64,000 bases of DNA from Podarcis liolepis (Eukaryota), in assembly GCA_965112155.1 (NCBI GenBank), contig OZ218100.1; one strand, 5' to 3'. This document shows, piece by piece, positions 13,627-25,209 of this stretch. The notes under the pieces are model-generated. The model worked only from the letters and a program-made list of their open reading frames with translations. It was not told the DNA's origin and searched no databases. Positions within the stretch are counted from its first letter, which is position 1. Each line of letters starts with the position of its first letter. Both the position numbers and the translations under genes were made by a program.

Positions 13627-15247
13627 GTAAGTCAAACCAGCAAATTATTCAGTAGAAATCAGATTGATTTGGCAAATTTGAATAGTAATGCAGTCACTTT
13701 AACAAGCCGTGCCATCAAGAGCATGAAAATCTACAGAAGGTTTTAGTGCTCCTGATATGTCTAAATCCTGAGTATTTATCAATATAGTTCTTTTTTAATG
13801 GCATGCATTTGTGTATGTGTCTGTTGCTTTGTTTTGCTATTAGAAGGAGCTGAGATGCCTCACACTCACTCTGCCCTAATATTTTCTACATTGTTATTGA
13901 TATTGTTTGGTCAGAAGTTGACCTTTAAAATATATTGCTGCAATTTGGTTTTTGTTTTGGGTGAGTGTAAGTGTATTATCTTCCTTTGCTTTGTGGCTGT
14001 TTTCTTTCCTCTGCTCAGTTTCTTTCCCTTCATATCAGTGATTTCCGCAGACTTTTTGAATTTCAGATGGCAACTAAGCATTATGATTGTTAACACCATC
14101 CATTTTTATTTTACTTTTTAATATTGGACATTGACGAAATTATTAACCTAACTGATTTTATACCAGCTAATGGATGTTTTTCAAATTGACTGCATTATTT
14201 TATTGCAAGGATTTTTGTAGTGGATCAATAAATTAAAGACTAGGAATGTTGTAATCCCAGCTCCTTTTGAAAAAACCTTAAATACAACCATGTGGTAGAA
14301 AAAATATTCTTACCACTGAATATGGGAGTCCATACAGAATGGTGATGTAAAGAGGGTGCAGTGAATACTCATATTCTGATCAAAAATATTTCACAAGTAT
14401 ACATCCAGTTATTGTGTGAGTAGTACTGTGCTCTAGTGCTTGTGATGTCATCATTGTGCTTGTGATTTTCACCATTGAAGTATTTGACAACTATCTGAGT
14501 TAACAAGGAGCAAAAAAGAATTTGTCTTTTAAAATGGACTTGAGAGTTCAGCAGTGCACTTTTCTGTCCTATTTACAGATTTAGGGTTTTATCCAACTGG
14601 GTCATATTTAGAGAAGACCTGTGGAAATCAGTGGACATCAGTTAATCCTGACTAACTTAGGTGCATTGATTTGATTTCTCTGGATCAACTCTTGACTTAG
14701 TAGGATACAAACCTTAGACTGGATTTTTATCTTCAGTACATTTCGAAGGCACTCTGATTCAACAGGGTTTAGAGGATTGCAAGCTATATAAAGTATACCT
14801 TTTGTGTAAAAATGATAGATAAGTTCTAGATACAAAACAGAGCTTCAAAATCTCTATTTTACATGAGTGTAAGAAAGGTTTTTGTTTTCTGTTGCTTACC
14901 ATTTGTTTCTGAACGGTATACATGTTCCCCATCTGCAACATTAGAACTAGCACTTCCTTGTATTTAAAATCCTTTTTAAAAAGAAAAAATGACCTTTTTA
15001 TTGTAGCATAACTCCACTCCCACCTCACTCCAAATCAAAGATCCTACTTGCCTTCATTATAAGTGCTTGTTTAATTGATTTCAACTATAGTAACAGCATT
15101 GTGCATATATTTGCACATTATTACACAACAATAGTTCTATGTTCACAGTAGCTTAACTAATTTGCCAAGCACACTGATGAAATCTACCACACAACTTGAG
15201 TTTTCAGAAGATTGTAGCTGCTGAAGAGTTAGCTAATGGAGATATTG

Positions 15248-15508
15248 GCCCTGTTAACACATCACACTAAGCCAAACCATGGCATAGCATAAACAAACAA
15301 GTATGTGGAAAGGAGATCACGGCTGCTTTTCACCTCCTCAGGTATTTTGCTGCTGCGTTTCTCTAAGCTAAGCTGTGATTTGGCTTATCATGCTTGTGGT
15401 TTAGCTCTCTCCTGGTAAATAATGAGCTGCAACCAAGGTTTGTCCTGCACCTTTTACTCATTTGTGCTAAGCTATGGTTTGGCTCCGAGTTACGTGCAAA
15501 CAAGGGCA
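15248..15508. mobile_element. Harbinger-like MITE; related copy at about 12810-13030
   Basis: ggccctgtt...aacaagggc ends; agccaaaccatg / ctatggtttggct inverted repeats; ggtttagctctctcc shared with the 12900 copy. Confidence 0.55.
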
Positions 15509-15821
15509 CTGACTAGCGGGATGTGTTCTTTCCTTCATATGCATGCTGCAATAATAAAATGGAAATTAATTTGTGCTGATTTCAAGAATTGGGGTGCATT
15601 GTCTGCTTTTATTAAGAGGCTCTTAGTAATAAATCCATTTAAGGGGGCTGTAGATGAATGGTTAGTGGATTTGTGCATCATGGTAATGCTAGGCTTCTAC
15701 CCGCTTCAGACAAACTGCTTACTGTGAAGGAGAAGTCTCCACATACTGAGATTTAAAACGGCCCCTTTATGAATAATAGAATTCTCATCTCCTGGCTGTT
15801 ACAGGCTTCCCCAAATCACAG

Positions 15822-15950
15822 ACCCCTTCTTCAAAGTCAGTCTCTGACCTCGCTTCTCCTAGTGCCCACTCATCAGTACCCAGCCACCACCCCTCAGTGT
15901 CCAGCCAGTCCCTGGCAATGGGTAACTGTAGCCAAGCTAACTCCAGCTGG
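15822..15950 (+). CDS. CDC42BPA: Candidate CDC42BPA cassette exon, 129 nt (TPSSKSVSDLASPSAHSSVPSHHPSVSSQSLAMGNCSQANSSW); alternative acceptor at 15805
   Basis: cacag acceptor, TGG|gtaaag donor, phase 0-0, no stops, Ser/Pro-rich like neighbouring linker exons; homology not confirmed. Confidence 0.6.
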
Positions 15951-18900
15951 GTAAAGTCACCACAGCTGTTGAAAGGCGCTTCAAGCCACAGAGGTCACTT
16001 TACCTGATTCTTTTGAGGGAGCACCGCTCCATCTTTGCAACCTTTCCATTTGTTCTGTTACACACAATACACAAGTTTGTGTTTCTCCCAGGCAAATAGT
16101 TTATATACTTAAACAAAACTATGAACAATTGCAGCTTACTTTAATTAGGCTAACAAGGAAGCATATAATTTTTTCTATTTTTACTAGGGAAAGATAAGTG
16201 TCTAGGTTCGCAGCTGCACTTAACAGTAGACTGCAGATGGAAGGAGAACAAATATCCCACTGTGAAAATGAGTCATTGGTGCTGTTGCATTACATTTTGT
16301 CTCCTTCCAGAGGTAGCTCACTGAGGACCTGCTGCACAGTTAGCCCATCTTCTTCAAGAACATTCTAAGTTATGCTTTACTTCAAATAAACATTTTCCAC
16401 CATTGTATTTTTCTGAAAATACTAAGTGAACCTGTCCATTCCCAGTTTTAAAGAATGTTGTGCTGCACGAATTTAGGTTTCCCCCTATTCCCCTCTACTG
16501 CAAGGTGCAGGTTGTGTAATATGAAGAAGGGGCTAGAATGATTCAATTATTTCCAGAATTAGAACTTGCATTTCATGAGGACCTTGCTATTACATTCTCC
16601 ATACTTCCCATATCATTCATGACCAGGAGTAGGTTTCTAGATTATCGTCGGTGACAGCAGCACAAGTTCACCAAGTTTGCTTTTTCAGAAGATGTGCATT
16701 TTGTCATTATTCCATAATTCAATACAATTAAATAAATAAAATTGGTTCAGTGCAGTTCAATGCAAGTATCAAAATATCTAGAATTAGAAATATTCCTCCC
16801 AAACTATTCCCCCTTCCCTAGTCAGATACCCACCAACTCAGCCTCAATAGTTCCTGGGTCTATCAATATGTCCATGCACACATATACGGTCATACAGAAC
16901 CATCATCCTTCACTCTTGTCCTACAATATATCACAGTAAGCAGAAGTCCTCAGACTGCTGATTTCATACTTTGGATACAGTCAGGTCAAATTCATTTAAG
17001 AAGAAAAAAAGGAGGCTAGGAAGGTGTGCAGTAATCATTGAAGACTGTCCTTGGAATGAAAGTTACATTAATAGAAGAGTCCTGGGGTGTCTTGAGCTGA
17101 GATCCCCTCATTAGAAAGGGAAATTTGAACTAGCAAAGATTTTTATAAATTTAAGGTGCTTTCCATCATGTTCTATAAGAAAGAATAGTAGGGCAAGAAA
17201 AGTAAAATGTTTCTCAACCATCAGTAGGTTTATGATCATATACGAAGTTTATGCTCCTATCGTAAAACTGCCAGATTATCCTTAACATTTTTAAGCAGTG
17301 CTAATTTTTAACAATGGCTGTCTTCACTTTGCCCCAACCACTCCAATATGATTCTATTAACAAGAGTAGCAGATTCAGTTAAGTTGCCCTCTATTATAGG
17401 ATTTTAAAAATATGTTCTAAATGCCCTCTCTGTTGTTTTTTTTTAAAAAACCTGTTGAAAGCAAAGTTCATAAATCCACCTGATTCGAAAATGCACCTTC
17501 TGGGGGGCTGGGTCTGCTTCTTTTGAGACAATGCCTGCATTTTCTCCTTCTTTGAAACCTCAGACTGTGCCATGGTGCTCCCTCTCTCTACCACCATTGA
17601 AGGGTGGCATTCAGTGGTCCTGCCTCCTCCCTCTGAGCCAAGGTGAAGGGAGCCTGCAAAACTTTGAGGAAGATTTTCATCAGAAGGGCCCAGCTCCAAG
17701 TTGGGGCCTTGAGTGGGAGAGCTCTGATTCATGGCCTCTTCCTTGCACTCATGGTCCTCACCATGGTCCTCAGAGTGGGCCATGACAATTAGCTTCATGG
17801 CTTAACAGGAATTTTAACCTCTGACTCTCCTGCCCTACACCATCCTGACTCTCGGTAGCAATATAATACTTGAAAAAAAAGATTCTTTTATTTTATTTTT
17901 ATTATTAGACCATTGAAATGTTTAAATGTTTTTTATGGTTCAGTTTTCAGTTAGTTCCCCATATTACTTTTCTTTGCAAAGAATTGCTGCCTTGTCTTCC
18001 ATAGGTGAGGAGCATCACCTGAGGAACGCAGAGCTGTTTCCCAGTAATTGCATACATCCTTGTGTATCCATCTTTCCTTCTTGATCAAGTTAAAATGAAA
18101 GCTTAGCAAAGAAGTTGGAAGGAACTGAGCCTTCTTTCCTTCCTACTTTACCAGTACCTTATGGCACATTTTGTGGGGGGGAAAGAAGGGGCAGAGTAGT
18201 TTGTATGCTGGCAGCCTTATCATTTACACACTTGGCTTAGGGGACCCCTAAATGTGAATATACAGTCATGTGTCAAAAAACTTTCATTACTGGTAAGTAA
18301 CAGTATTCCTGTTGTTCCTGAAATGATTTCTTCTCACGTGGAGTCAGATCATGCTCAGTCATTTCTATAGCCTTGCGGATGTAGTCTTGCCACAATGAAC
18401 TTTCTATATAGCATCTAGGTCAAGCCTACACAGCTGCCAAATGTAACCTATTCAGCTATACATCGCTGGCCACTGAGTAAATCTGGAAGGCCTTAAATTG
18501 CAAAACTGTGGGATTGCCAAGACATAGCAAGCCATAATGTATAGTTAATTTAGCAGGTCACAAATTATTCAAGCCTATGCTGAATGACCTTTTTGTCAGT
18601 CTGAGTTGAAAGACTTTGAGCATTTCTAAGGATTTGAGCACTTATTAGGAAAGGTTTGTATCTGCATTGTAAGCAGAACTCTTTTGGCGCTCGCATGAAA
18701 ATCATGATTTGCTTTGGGGCGAAGTTCTCCCGATGACAGTAGTGGAGAGGAATTGCATCACAGAGGAAGGGGGTTAAATTGCCTCTCTCTGCCTGATAAA
18801 AACCTGATAATTATCACTCTTCCCCAGCTGATGTTATTCACCTTTTTTTTTTAAAAAAAAAAACCATGTTAAATACAAAGATACATTTAACCAACTTTCT

Positions 18901-19149
18901 GTTTAGTTTGGCCCTTAAAATAGTTGTGAGAGAAGTGAGTGTTATGAACATACAAGTTTGAAAAAATGTTCTCCTGTATTTAGTTCTTTTGGTTTCCTTT
19001 TGAAAAAGAATTCCCTATTACATGTCTCTGTCCTCACAATTCAAAGTATTGTACATATTACTGTATGTGTCTTGTGATAGAAATTTGGATCTGGATTATG
19101 TGCCTTTCTGTTTCGTTCTGTTAACAGTCTCCTCCTTTCTCTGTTAAAG

Positions 19150-19188
19150 CGCTCTCCTTCCTGTATTCCAGCTCACAAAGGCAGACGT
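19150..19188 (+). CDS. CDC42BPA: CDC42BPA alternative cassette exon, 39 nt (RSPSCIPAHKGRR)
   Basis: ttaaag acceptor, gtaaga donor; matches human RSPSCTPASKGRR. Confidence 0.92.
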
Positions 19189-19845
19189 GTAAGAGGATGT
19201 CTTGCTGTGTGTGGCCTTTTAGTTTTGCCTATGATGCACATGCTTTTTCCTTTGTTTAATGTAGAGCATTTTTGTTGATGCTGTTTATGCCTTGCATATT
19301 TATCCTGCTGCTTGTCTTGTGCTACTGCTGCTCCTATGCTTTCATTGCATTCAATGCTGTTTAAGTAAAAGTTCTGGAGAATGTGTGTGGCGTTTTCGTT
19401 TTTTAATGTTGTACTCTTGGCACTCGAATGTCACAGAAACAAAAGATGACGGCAAACTGGAGTCATTAAAACTAATTAGGTTGCAGTGCATGATTATAAA
19501 CAGAATTAAAACCCACTTCTTCGTCTGCCCTGCTTCCTGTAGGAAATACCGGTAGCAAGACAAGATAATACGGAAGTTTTTGTCGTGGTAGATTAATTTG
19601 ATTTATTTATTTTTTAATAAGGAGGCACTGAACTTAAAATCAGTAATCAATTTCAGTTATCCTTACTATTGCTGTGATTCTGTCCTAAACACAATGGGAG
19701 CAGAATGGTGCCTTGCCCAACTTATTGTCAAGGATACTAATGGTGTTTTCAGTTTTGTCTGTTGTCTGTTCATTGGGCAGAAAACACAACCGTGACCTAG
19801 TCTAGAAGCCAATTCACACAACCTGACATTCCTGCATTGTGCAGG

Positions 19846-19846
<1 letters not shown>

Positions 19847-19886
<40 letters not shown>
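19847..19886. repeat. (TG)20 microsatellite
   Basis: Perfect dinucleotide run, abutting a short CR1-like tail at 19887-19930. Confidence 0.98.
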
Positions 19887-19888
<2 letters not shown>

Positions 19889-20857
19889 AGAGGGCCCCTT
19901 GGATCCCTTCCCACTCTACAATTCTATTATTTGAACAGGCGAGGAGCACTATGCAACTTGAGAAAACTGATAATTGGATAGGCAGTGTGTGTTTTCAGTA
20001 CAGGACACTGCACACACCTACATTAGGTCCCTCTTTGATGAGGGACTTCTTCACCCAGTAGCCTTTTGCTCTTGGATTAGGGTATATCAGTGCATGAATA
20101 GCTGACAGCTAATTACTAGATCTATGGGTGCAGTGGTACTTTCTGGACTGTGTTGAGAGCTCTGGTTATTGAAACAATGTACATAGAAGGTGCAAGCAGC
20201 ATGTGCAAACCAGTCTTTTGCATTTCCCTTGTCCTTTATTTGGGAGGAGTATTGAAGGAAAGCACCAATTTTGGAGTGGGGGGCTTAGATATGTGCAAAT
20301 CCTCTGATTATATTTCCTCCATGCTGACACATAGATAAGGCATATGATATTGTGAGGCTTTGCCAAAGTATGTATGCAACAAGTTTCCCTGGGAACAGTG
20401 TCAGGCACAGCCCTCAGTGGAGATGGGAATAGCTTCAACAATTCCTCCAATAGATGTCCAGTATTTACAAGCAATATTTTCAAAAAATGTAGAAATAAAG
20501 CCTTCTTTAGTACAGTAATCTATATATATTAGCTAAAGAAAATATAATTCCTGATATTCAGAGAGGAGTGCATTTTTTTTTAAAATGCTGAGCATAGAAA
20601 AGAATTTCTGCCGCTGATTGCTGCACTGCTTGAAACAGTTTATATGTAGCAAGCTGGCGTATTGTTTAGCATTTGGTTGCTTATAGTATTCTCAACTTGT
20701 AGTTCCCATCTTTCTTAAAAGAACCGAACAGCGGTTTTTGTCACAGTTTCTGCTTTGCCCAGTGTAAACACATGTAAAAAAAGAAAAGAAAAGGCAAACC
20801 AGACATTAAGATTGCCCATGCAGCTGTTATCTACTAATACCTTTTAAGGGGCAAATG

Positions 20858-20937
20858 TGTAGGGAAGCTTTTAATGTTTGACACACTATTGTTTTTTAAT
20901 ATTTTGTTGGAAGCTACGCAGAGTGGCTGGGGAGGGT

Positions 20938-21003
<66 letters not shown>
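20858..21003 (+). mobile_element. L2 LINE 3' end with (AAT)21 tail at 20941-21003
   Basis: agggaagcttttaatgtttga...ttggaagctacgcagagtggctgggg followed by AAT repeats. Confidence 0.75.
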
Positions 21004-21287
21004 TATATGCAGCCCAGATGTGTCCTATATAGTAATTAAAATAGTTTAATTTTTGTGCTCTCTGGGACAACACAATCTCCCAACAGTTTTGCAAAACACA
21101 ATAGTGAGTTGCATTACAAATAAAAATATTCTAAGATGTTGGGTTTTCCAAAATGGCAATTGATGGTTTATTTGAAGCAACTAGATTTTTTTTGCAGAAA
21201 AATGTAATATTTGGACTGACCTCTATGCTATGGGGAGGGGGGTGGCAGGGCAGGTTGGGGGAGCTGGTAACTAATGAGAAAGTTGTA

Positions 21288-21648
21288 AAGGTAAAGGTAC
21301 CCCTGACCATTAGGCCGAGTCACAGACAACTCTGGGGTTGCGTGCTCATCTTGCTCCATAGGCTGAGGGAGCCGGCGTTTGTCTGCAGACAGTTTTTCCG
21401 GGTCATGTGGCCAGCATGACTAAGCCGCTTCTGGCGAACCAGAGCAGGGCACAGAAACGCCATTTACCTTCCCGCCTCAGTGTTACCTATTTATCTACTT
21501 GTACTTTACGTGCTTTCGAACTGCTAGGTTGGCAGGAGCAGGGACCGAGCAACGGGAGCTCACCCCCTCACAAGGAGTTGAACCATCAACCTTCTGATCG
21601 GGAAGCCCTAGGCTCTGTTGGTTAAGACCACAGCGCCACCCGCGTCCC
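21288..21648 (-). mobile_element. Full-length Sauria SINE (Squam1, lacertid type)
   Basis: On -: gggacgcgggtggcgctgtgg head, gtcatgctggccacatgaccc core, (ACCTTT)n tail; 14-bp TSD atgagaaagttgta at 21274-21287 and 21651-21664. Confidence 0.93.
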
Positions 21649-22622
21649 ATATGAGAAAGTTGTAGTTGAACTAAATAAAGGAATTAGATTTTTAATTAAA
21701 ACTGTCTTCCCTCAAATATATTTTCAAGGAAGCAAACCCATGTCTAGTATGGCAGTGTAAGAAAATATGTAGACTTAGCCCATTGTGTTTAATATAATCT
21801 TTAACATGAATATGGACAGAACAAGATGAAATCAAATATTGCATAACACCTAAACCATCAAACAATTTCTAATTACAGTAACCAAAAAAATTGAAATTAG
21901 AAAATGTAGATCAAGGCATCACTGCAGAACAGAATCTTTTTCTATTATTTTGCTTCTGATATTCACCCTTTATGAGATTCTTTTATTAGGCAAAATATAT
22001 TCTAGCCTCTTTTGCTTAGCGTTCAAAACTTCAGACTACTACAAATCAAACAAAAACGTATAACTCAGTGGTTATAGTATGCTTGTACAAAATACTTTCA
22101 TATGTCATGATGGGCAATTTCTTGTTGATAATCATCACAATGTATTGCTATGCTTAATTCATTGGTATGGTTCCTTAATGATCAAGATTTAAATTAACAG
22201 TGGGGAAGCACCTTAACATATTTTTTTGCTATCCATTGCAATTCATAAAAGAACCCAAAGTTCAGGGGTTTTAAATTAAAGAATAAGACAGTCTCAGTGA
22301 CTCACAAGCATTATTATAGGCTTTATGTAAATTGATTATCCTATCCAACTGCCAACAAATAAATTCTTAGAGTGGACTTTACTGATCCCTGCACAAGCCA
22401 GATAAACTGGTGTTACGCTGCCATTGCAGGCAGGTAACCTAGCTCAAACATGTACAAATTGAGTGGCAAATTATTATTTTTTTGTTTTAAAAATTTTGGT
22501 CCCCAATTTGCATTTCTATGTTTTTGAGAAAATTAGTACATAATAAAAAAGTGGCCTTTAATTTTCTTCCCCTCCCTCTTCCCTTCCTTTTGCTTGTTTC
22601 TTTTCCTTGGTTGTTTCTCTAG

Positions 22623-22742
22623 ATTGATTCTGTTGAAAATTTTACCTTATCTAATACGCCTTCGCGGGATGAAGATATCAAGTGTCACCTTCATTCAAGA
22701 TCTAGGTCCCCTTCCACAGCTAGTGACATTGAACCAATTGAG
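22623..22742 (+). CDS. CDC42BPA: CDC42BPA alternative cassette exon, 120 nt (IDSVENFTLSNTPSRDEDIKCHLHSRSRSPSTASDIEPIE)
   Basis: Long pyrimidine tract, ctctag acceptor, gtactc donor, phase 0-0; similar to human TDPVEN...SRSTSPSTSSEAEPVK. Confidence 0.88.
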
Positions 22743-22944
22743 GTACTCTCTCATTTGCTTAAGATTCGTCTGTCCCACACCACAGTGTTAGATAGGTTCG
22801 GAATGAATTAGGAGGCAAAATAGCCCTGAATAGTGTTTGATTTAAATTAGATTTAAAAACTATCCAAGGACCAGTTCACATGTAGTTGTTTAGATGTGGG
22901 ATGCAGCACCTGTAAATGTAAAAAGAATGCAGCACACATTTCTA

Positions 22945-23185
22945 CAGTGGTACCTTGGTTTAAGAACAGCCCTGTTTACGAGCTATTTGGTTTACGAACT
23001 CCACTAAACTGGAAGAAGTGTCCCGGTTTGCGAACTCTACCTTGGTCTAAGAATGGAAGCCGAATGGTGGAAGGGCACCGGCAGTGGAAGGCCTCATTAG
23101 GGGAAGCGCGCCTTGGTTTAAGAACGGTTTCGGTTTAAGAACGGACTTCCGAAACGGATTAAGTTTGCAAACCGAGGTACCACTG
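22945..23185. mobile_element. Tc1/mariner (Tigger/pogo-like) MITE
   Basis: TIR cagtggtacct(t/c)ggttt at both ends; TA TSD. Confidence 0.9.
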
Positions 23186-23949
23186 TACATTGTACAAAAC
23201 ACAATAATTAGGCTGTGAGGATTGGATCTGGATCCCTGTTGAATATACACTTCCTGGCAAACGTGGGTTTGTAGCCATCTTAATCATGTGTGAAATTGCC
23301 CTAAGAAAGCAAGTAGCAAGTGGGAAATGGTACCACCGAGGTTTGGTAAGGTGAGTGCTCTCGTTGCTTCCTTTCAGATATTCAACTGCACCTAGGATTG
23401 AGTGCTGCTTTGTTCATTTTGCATCTATTTGCTGCTGCTTCCTTTTTTTTCTGGGCTGCTGAACCTTGCCAAATAATCTTTGCAATATTTTCTTGGGATG
23501 TTCCTTTTGGGTCCCATCTGAACCCATTATATTACATTGTTCCTCTGGAAACCTACAACCATGTTCTACACTTAGGCCAGGATCCAAAGGCCTGTGGGGG
23601 TTTTATAACCATAAGCAGAATCCTATGCTGTGTGGCAAAAGTATTTTTGAAACTTATAGACGTTTTGGAAAGAATTCATGATACAGCATAGTTGCATGGA
23701 GATGGCGTCAGGTTTAAAAGGAAAGGGGGAAAATGGCGGGCTGCCCAAACCCCTTCCATGAGCCAAAGTGGCTGTCTATTGGCCTTATATTCCTGGGCTA
23801 TGTTTCTATTTTGGTTGAAATTACTTGGGCTTTTAATGTTCATACAACATCTCTGCAACTGACAGATACTCTTGCTATTCCAAAAAATAAAAAATCATTC
23901 TTCCTTACATTTTTGGACTTTCAAATGCCACTAAGCCTTTCAAATAAGG

Positions 23950-24062
23950 GAGGGATTGCTAAGGCGTGTCCTTCCAAATGTTGTTGAACTTCAGCTCCTG
24001 TCATCCCTGAACATTGGCTATGCTGGCTGGAGCAGATGGGAGCTGAGAGTCCAACAACATGG
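23950..24062. mobile_element. Degraded palindromic hAT-type MITE
   Basis: ccttccaaatgttgttgaacttcagctcctgtcatccct...gatgggagctgagagtccaacaacat, same family as 33508 and 62510. Confidence 0.6.
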
Positions 24063-25128
24063 CCATACCAACACAGCCCCTGAAATTAGGGGTGCAGGTT
24101 TTTCCCCTATTCTTAACTGCAAACTTAAGCATGGTTATAGAGAAGTTCAGTGGAACTTACTCCCAGGTAAGTGTCCATACCAATGCAGCCATAATCCCCC
24201 TTTTGTTACAAACTGATCGGATGCTGTCAAACTACCATTAAGATTCCTTAACCAGTTTATAAAAAGCATTAGTGCCTCAGCTATCCCACTCATTAGTTGA
24301 AATATGCTGCAAAAAACTTCATCTTCCCCACACATAATCTTTTTTCTTTTCAAAAGCCATTATCATTAGTCACACTTTGCTAAACTCTTCTGCCACTCCT
24401 ACAAGGGCATTTGCGTCAAGATGTTTTAGGTAGATTTTTTGCAATGCAACTGGCCTTCATTTTTTGGTAGTTAGCAGTTACATTTCTGGTACAACTATGA
24501 ATTCACTATTGATGCAGAGGTGTTCTACGTCATTTAATCAGTAGCATGTTAGCTTGGGGGGGGGGCATTTCCTTAGAATATCCATCTCCCTGCATTGACC
24601 TCTAACAAACCACATGCATCACAGATGTCATATTCTGATAAAATGAGACACTTTTTACTGGTGTGTATCCAAAAGAATAATTCCCAAAATTGCTTTATGG
24701 ATGCAAAATAACACAGCTGTCCCAAATCATAGGAAGCTAGCATACTGGAATTCATGTTATTGATTTACAAAACCAAAGGAAAGAAAGATTATACATTTTT
24801 GTTGTTGCTGTAAGGTGAAAGTTTTACATTTGTGAATTATCTTTGCTAAATCACTGAGCATTGGGAGTTTATCCATTGAAACACATCATTAAGTAAAATG
24901 CATTTGTCACTTGCCAGCATAGCTATCCTCAAGGTTGTAAAGGAGAACTTAAAAGATGTTTAAATATTTTGCTAGGTAGCAAGGTGATGAGCATGTTACT
25001 TGTACAATCATTCATTTATTTGCCTCCTTTAGTTCTTGTGCTCTTTTTGCTGAAGTTTATGTTTGTGAAAGGCCTTTTAATGGTGTGCTTTTTTCACCTT
25101 AAGTAATCCTCAACATATATATGTTCAG

Positions 25129-25209
25129 GTTTCAGATCATCCTCTGCGTCCGGTTCACACACCAACCATGAGGTCACCATATATTGGTTCAGGACTCTCT
25201 GTGCCAAAG
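25129..25209 (+). CDS. CDC42BPA: CDC42BPA exon (VSDHPLRPVHTPTMRSPYIGSGLSVPK)
   Basis: gttcag acceptor, gtacca donor, phase 0-0; VHTPT motif shared with human. Confidence 0.88.

Noticed and set aside
18020-18022. In-frame TGA as selenocysteine or read-through codon before a hydrophobic tail
   Set aside because: No TGA-CTAG read-through context and no SECIS-like element recognised
19121-19149. Upstream acceptor ttaacag for the 39-nt exon
   Set aside because: Adds 22 nt and breaks the frame; the 19150 start matches the human peptide
25129-25136. Second acceptor gtttcag 7 nt into the exon
   Set aside because: Out of frame with the conserved VHTPT and C1 exons
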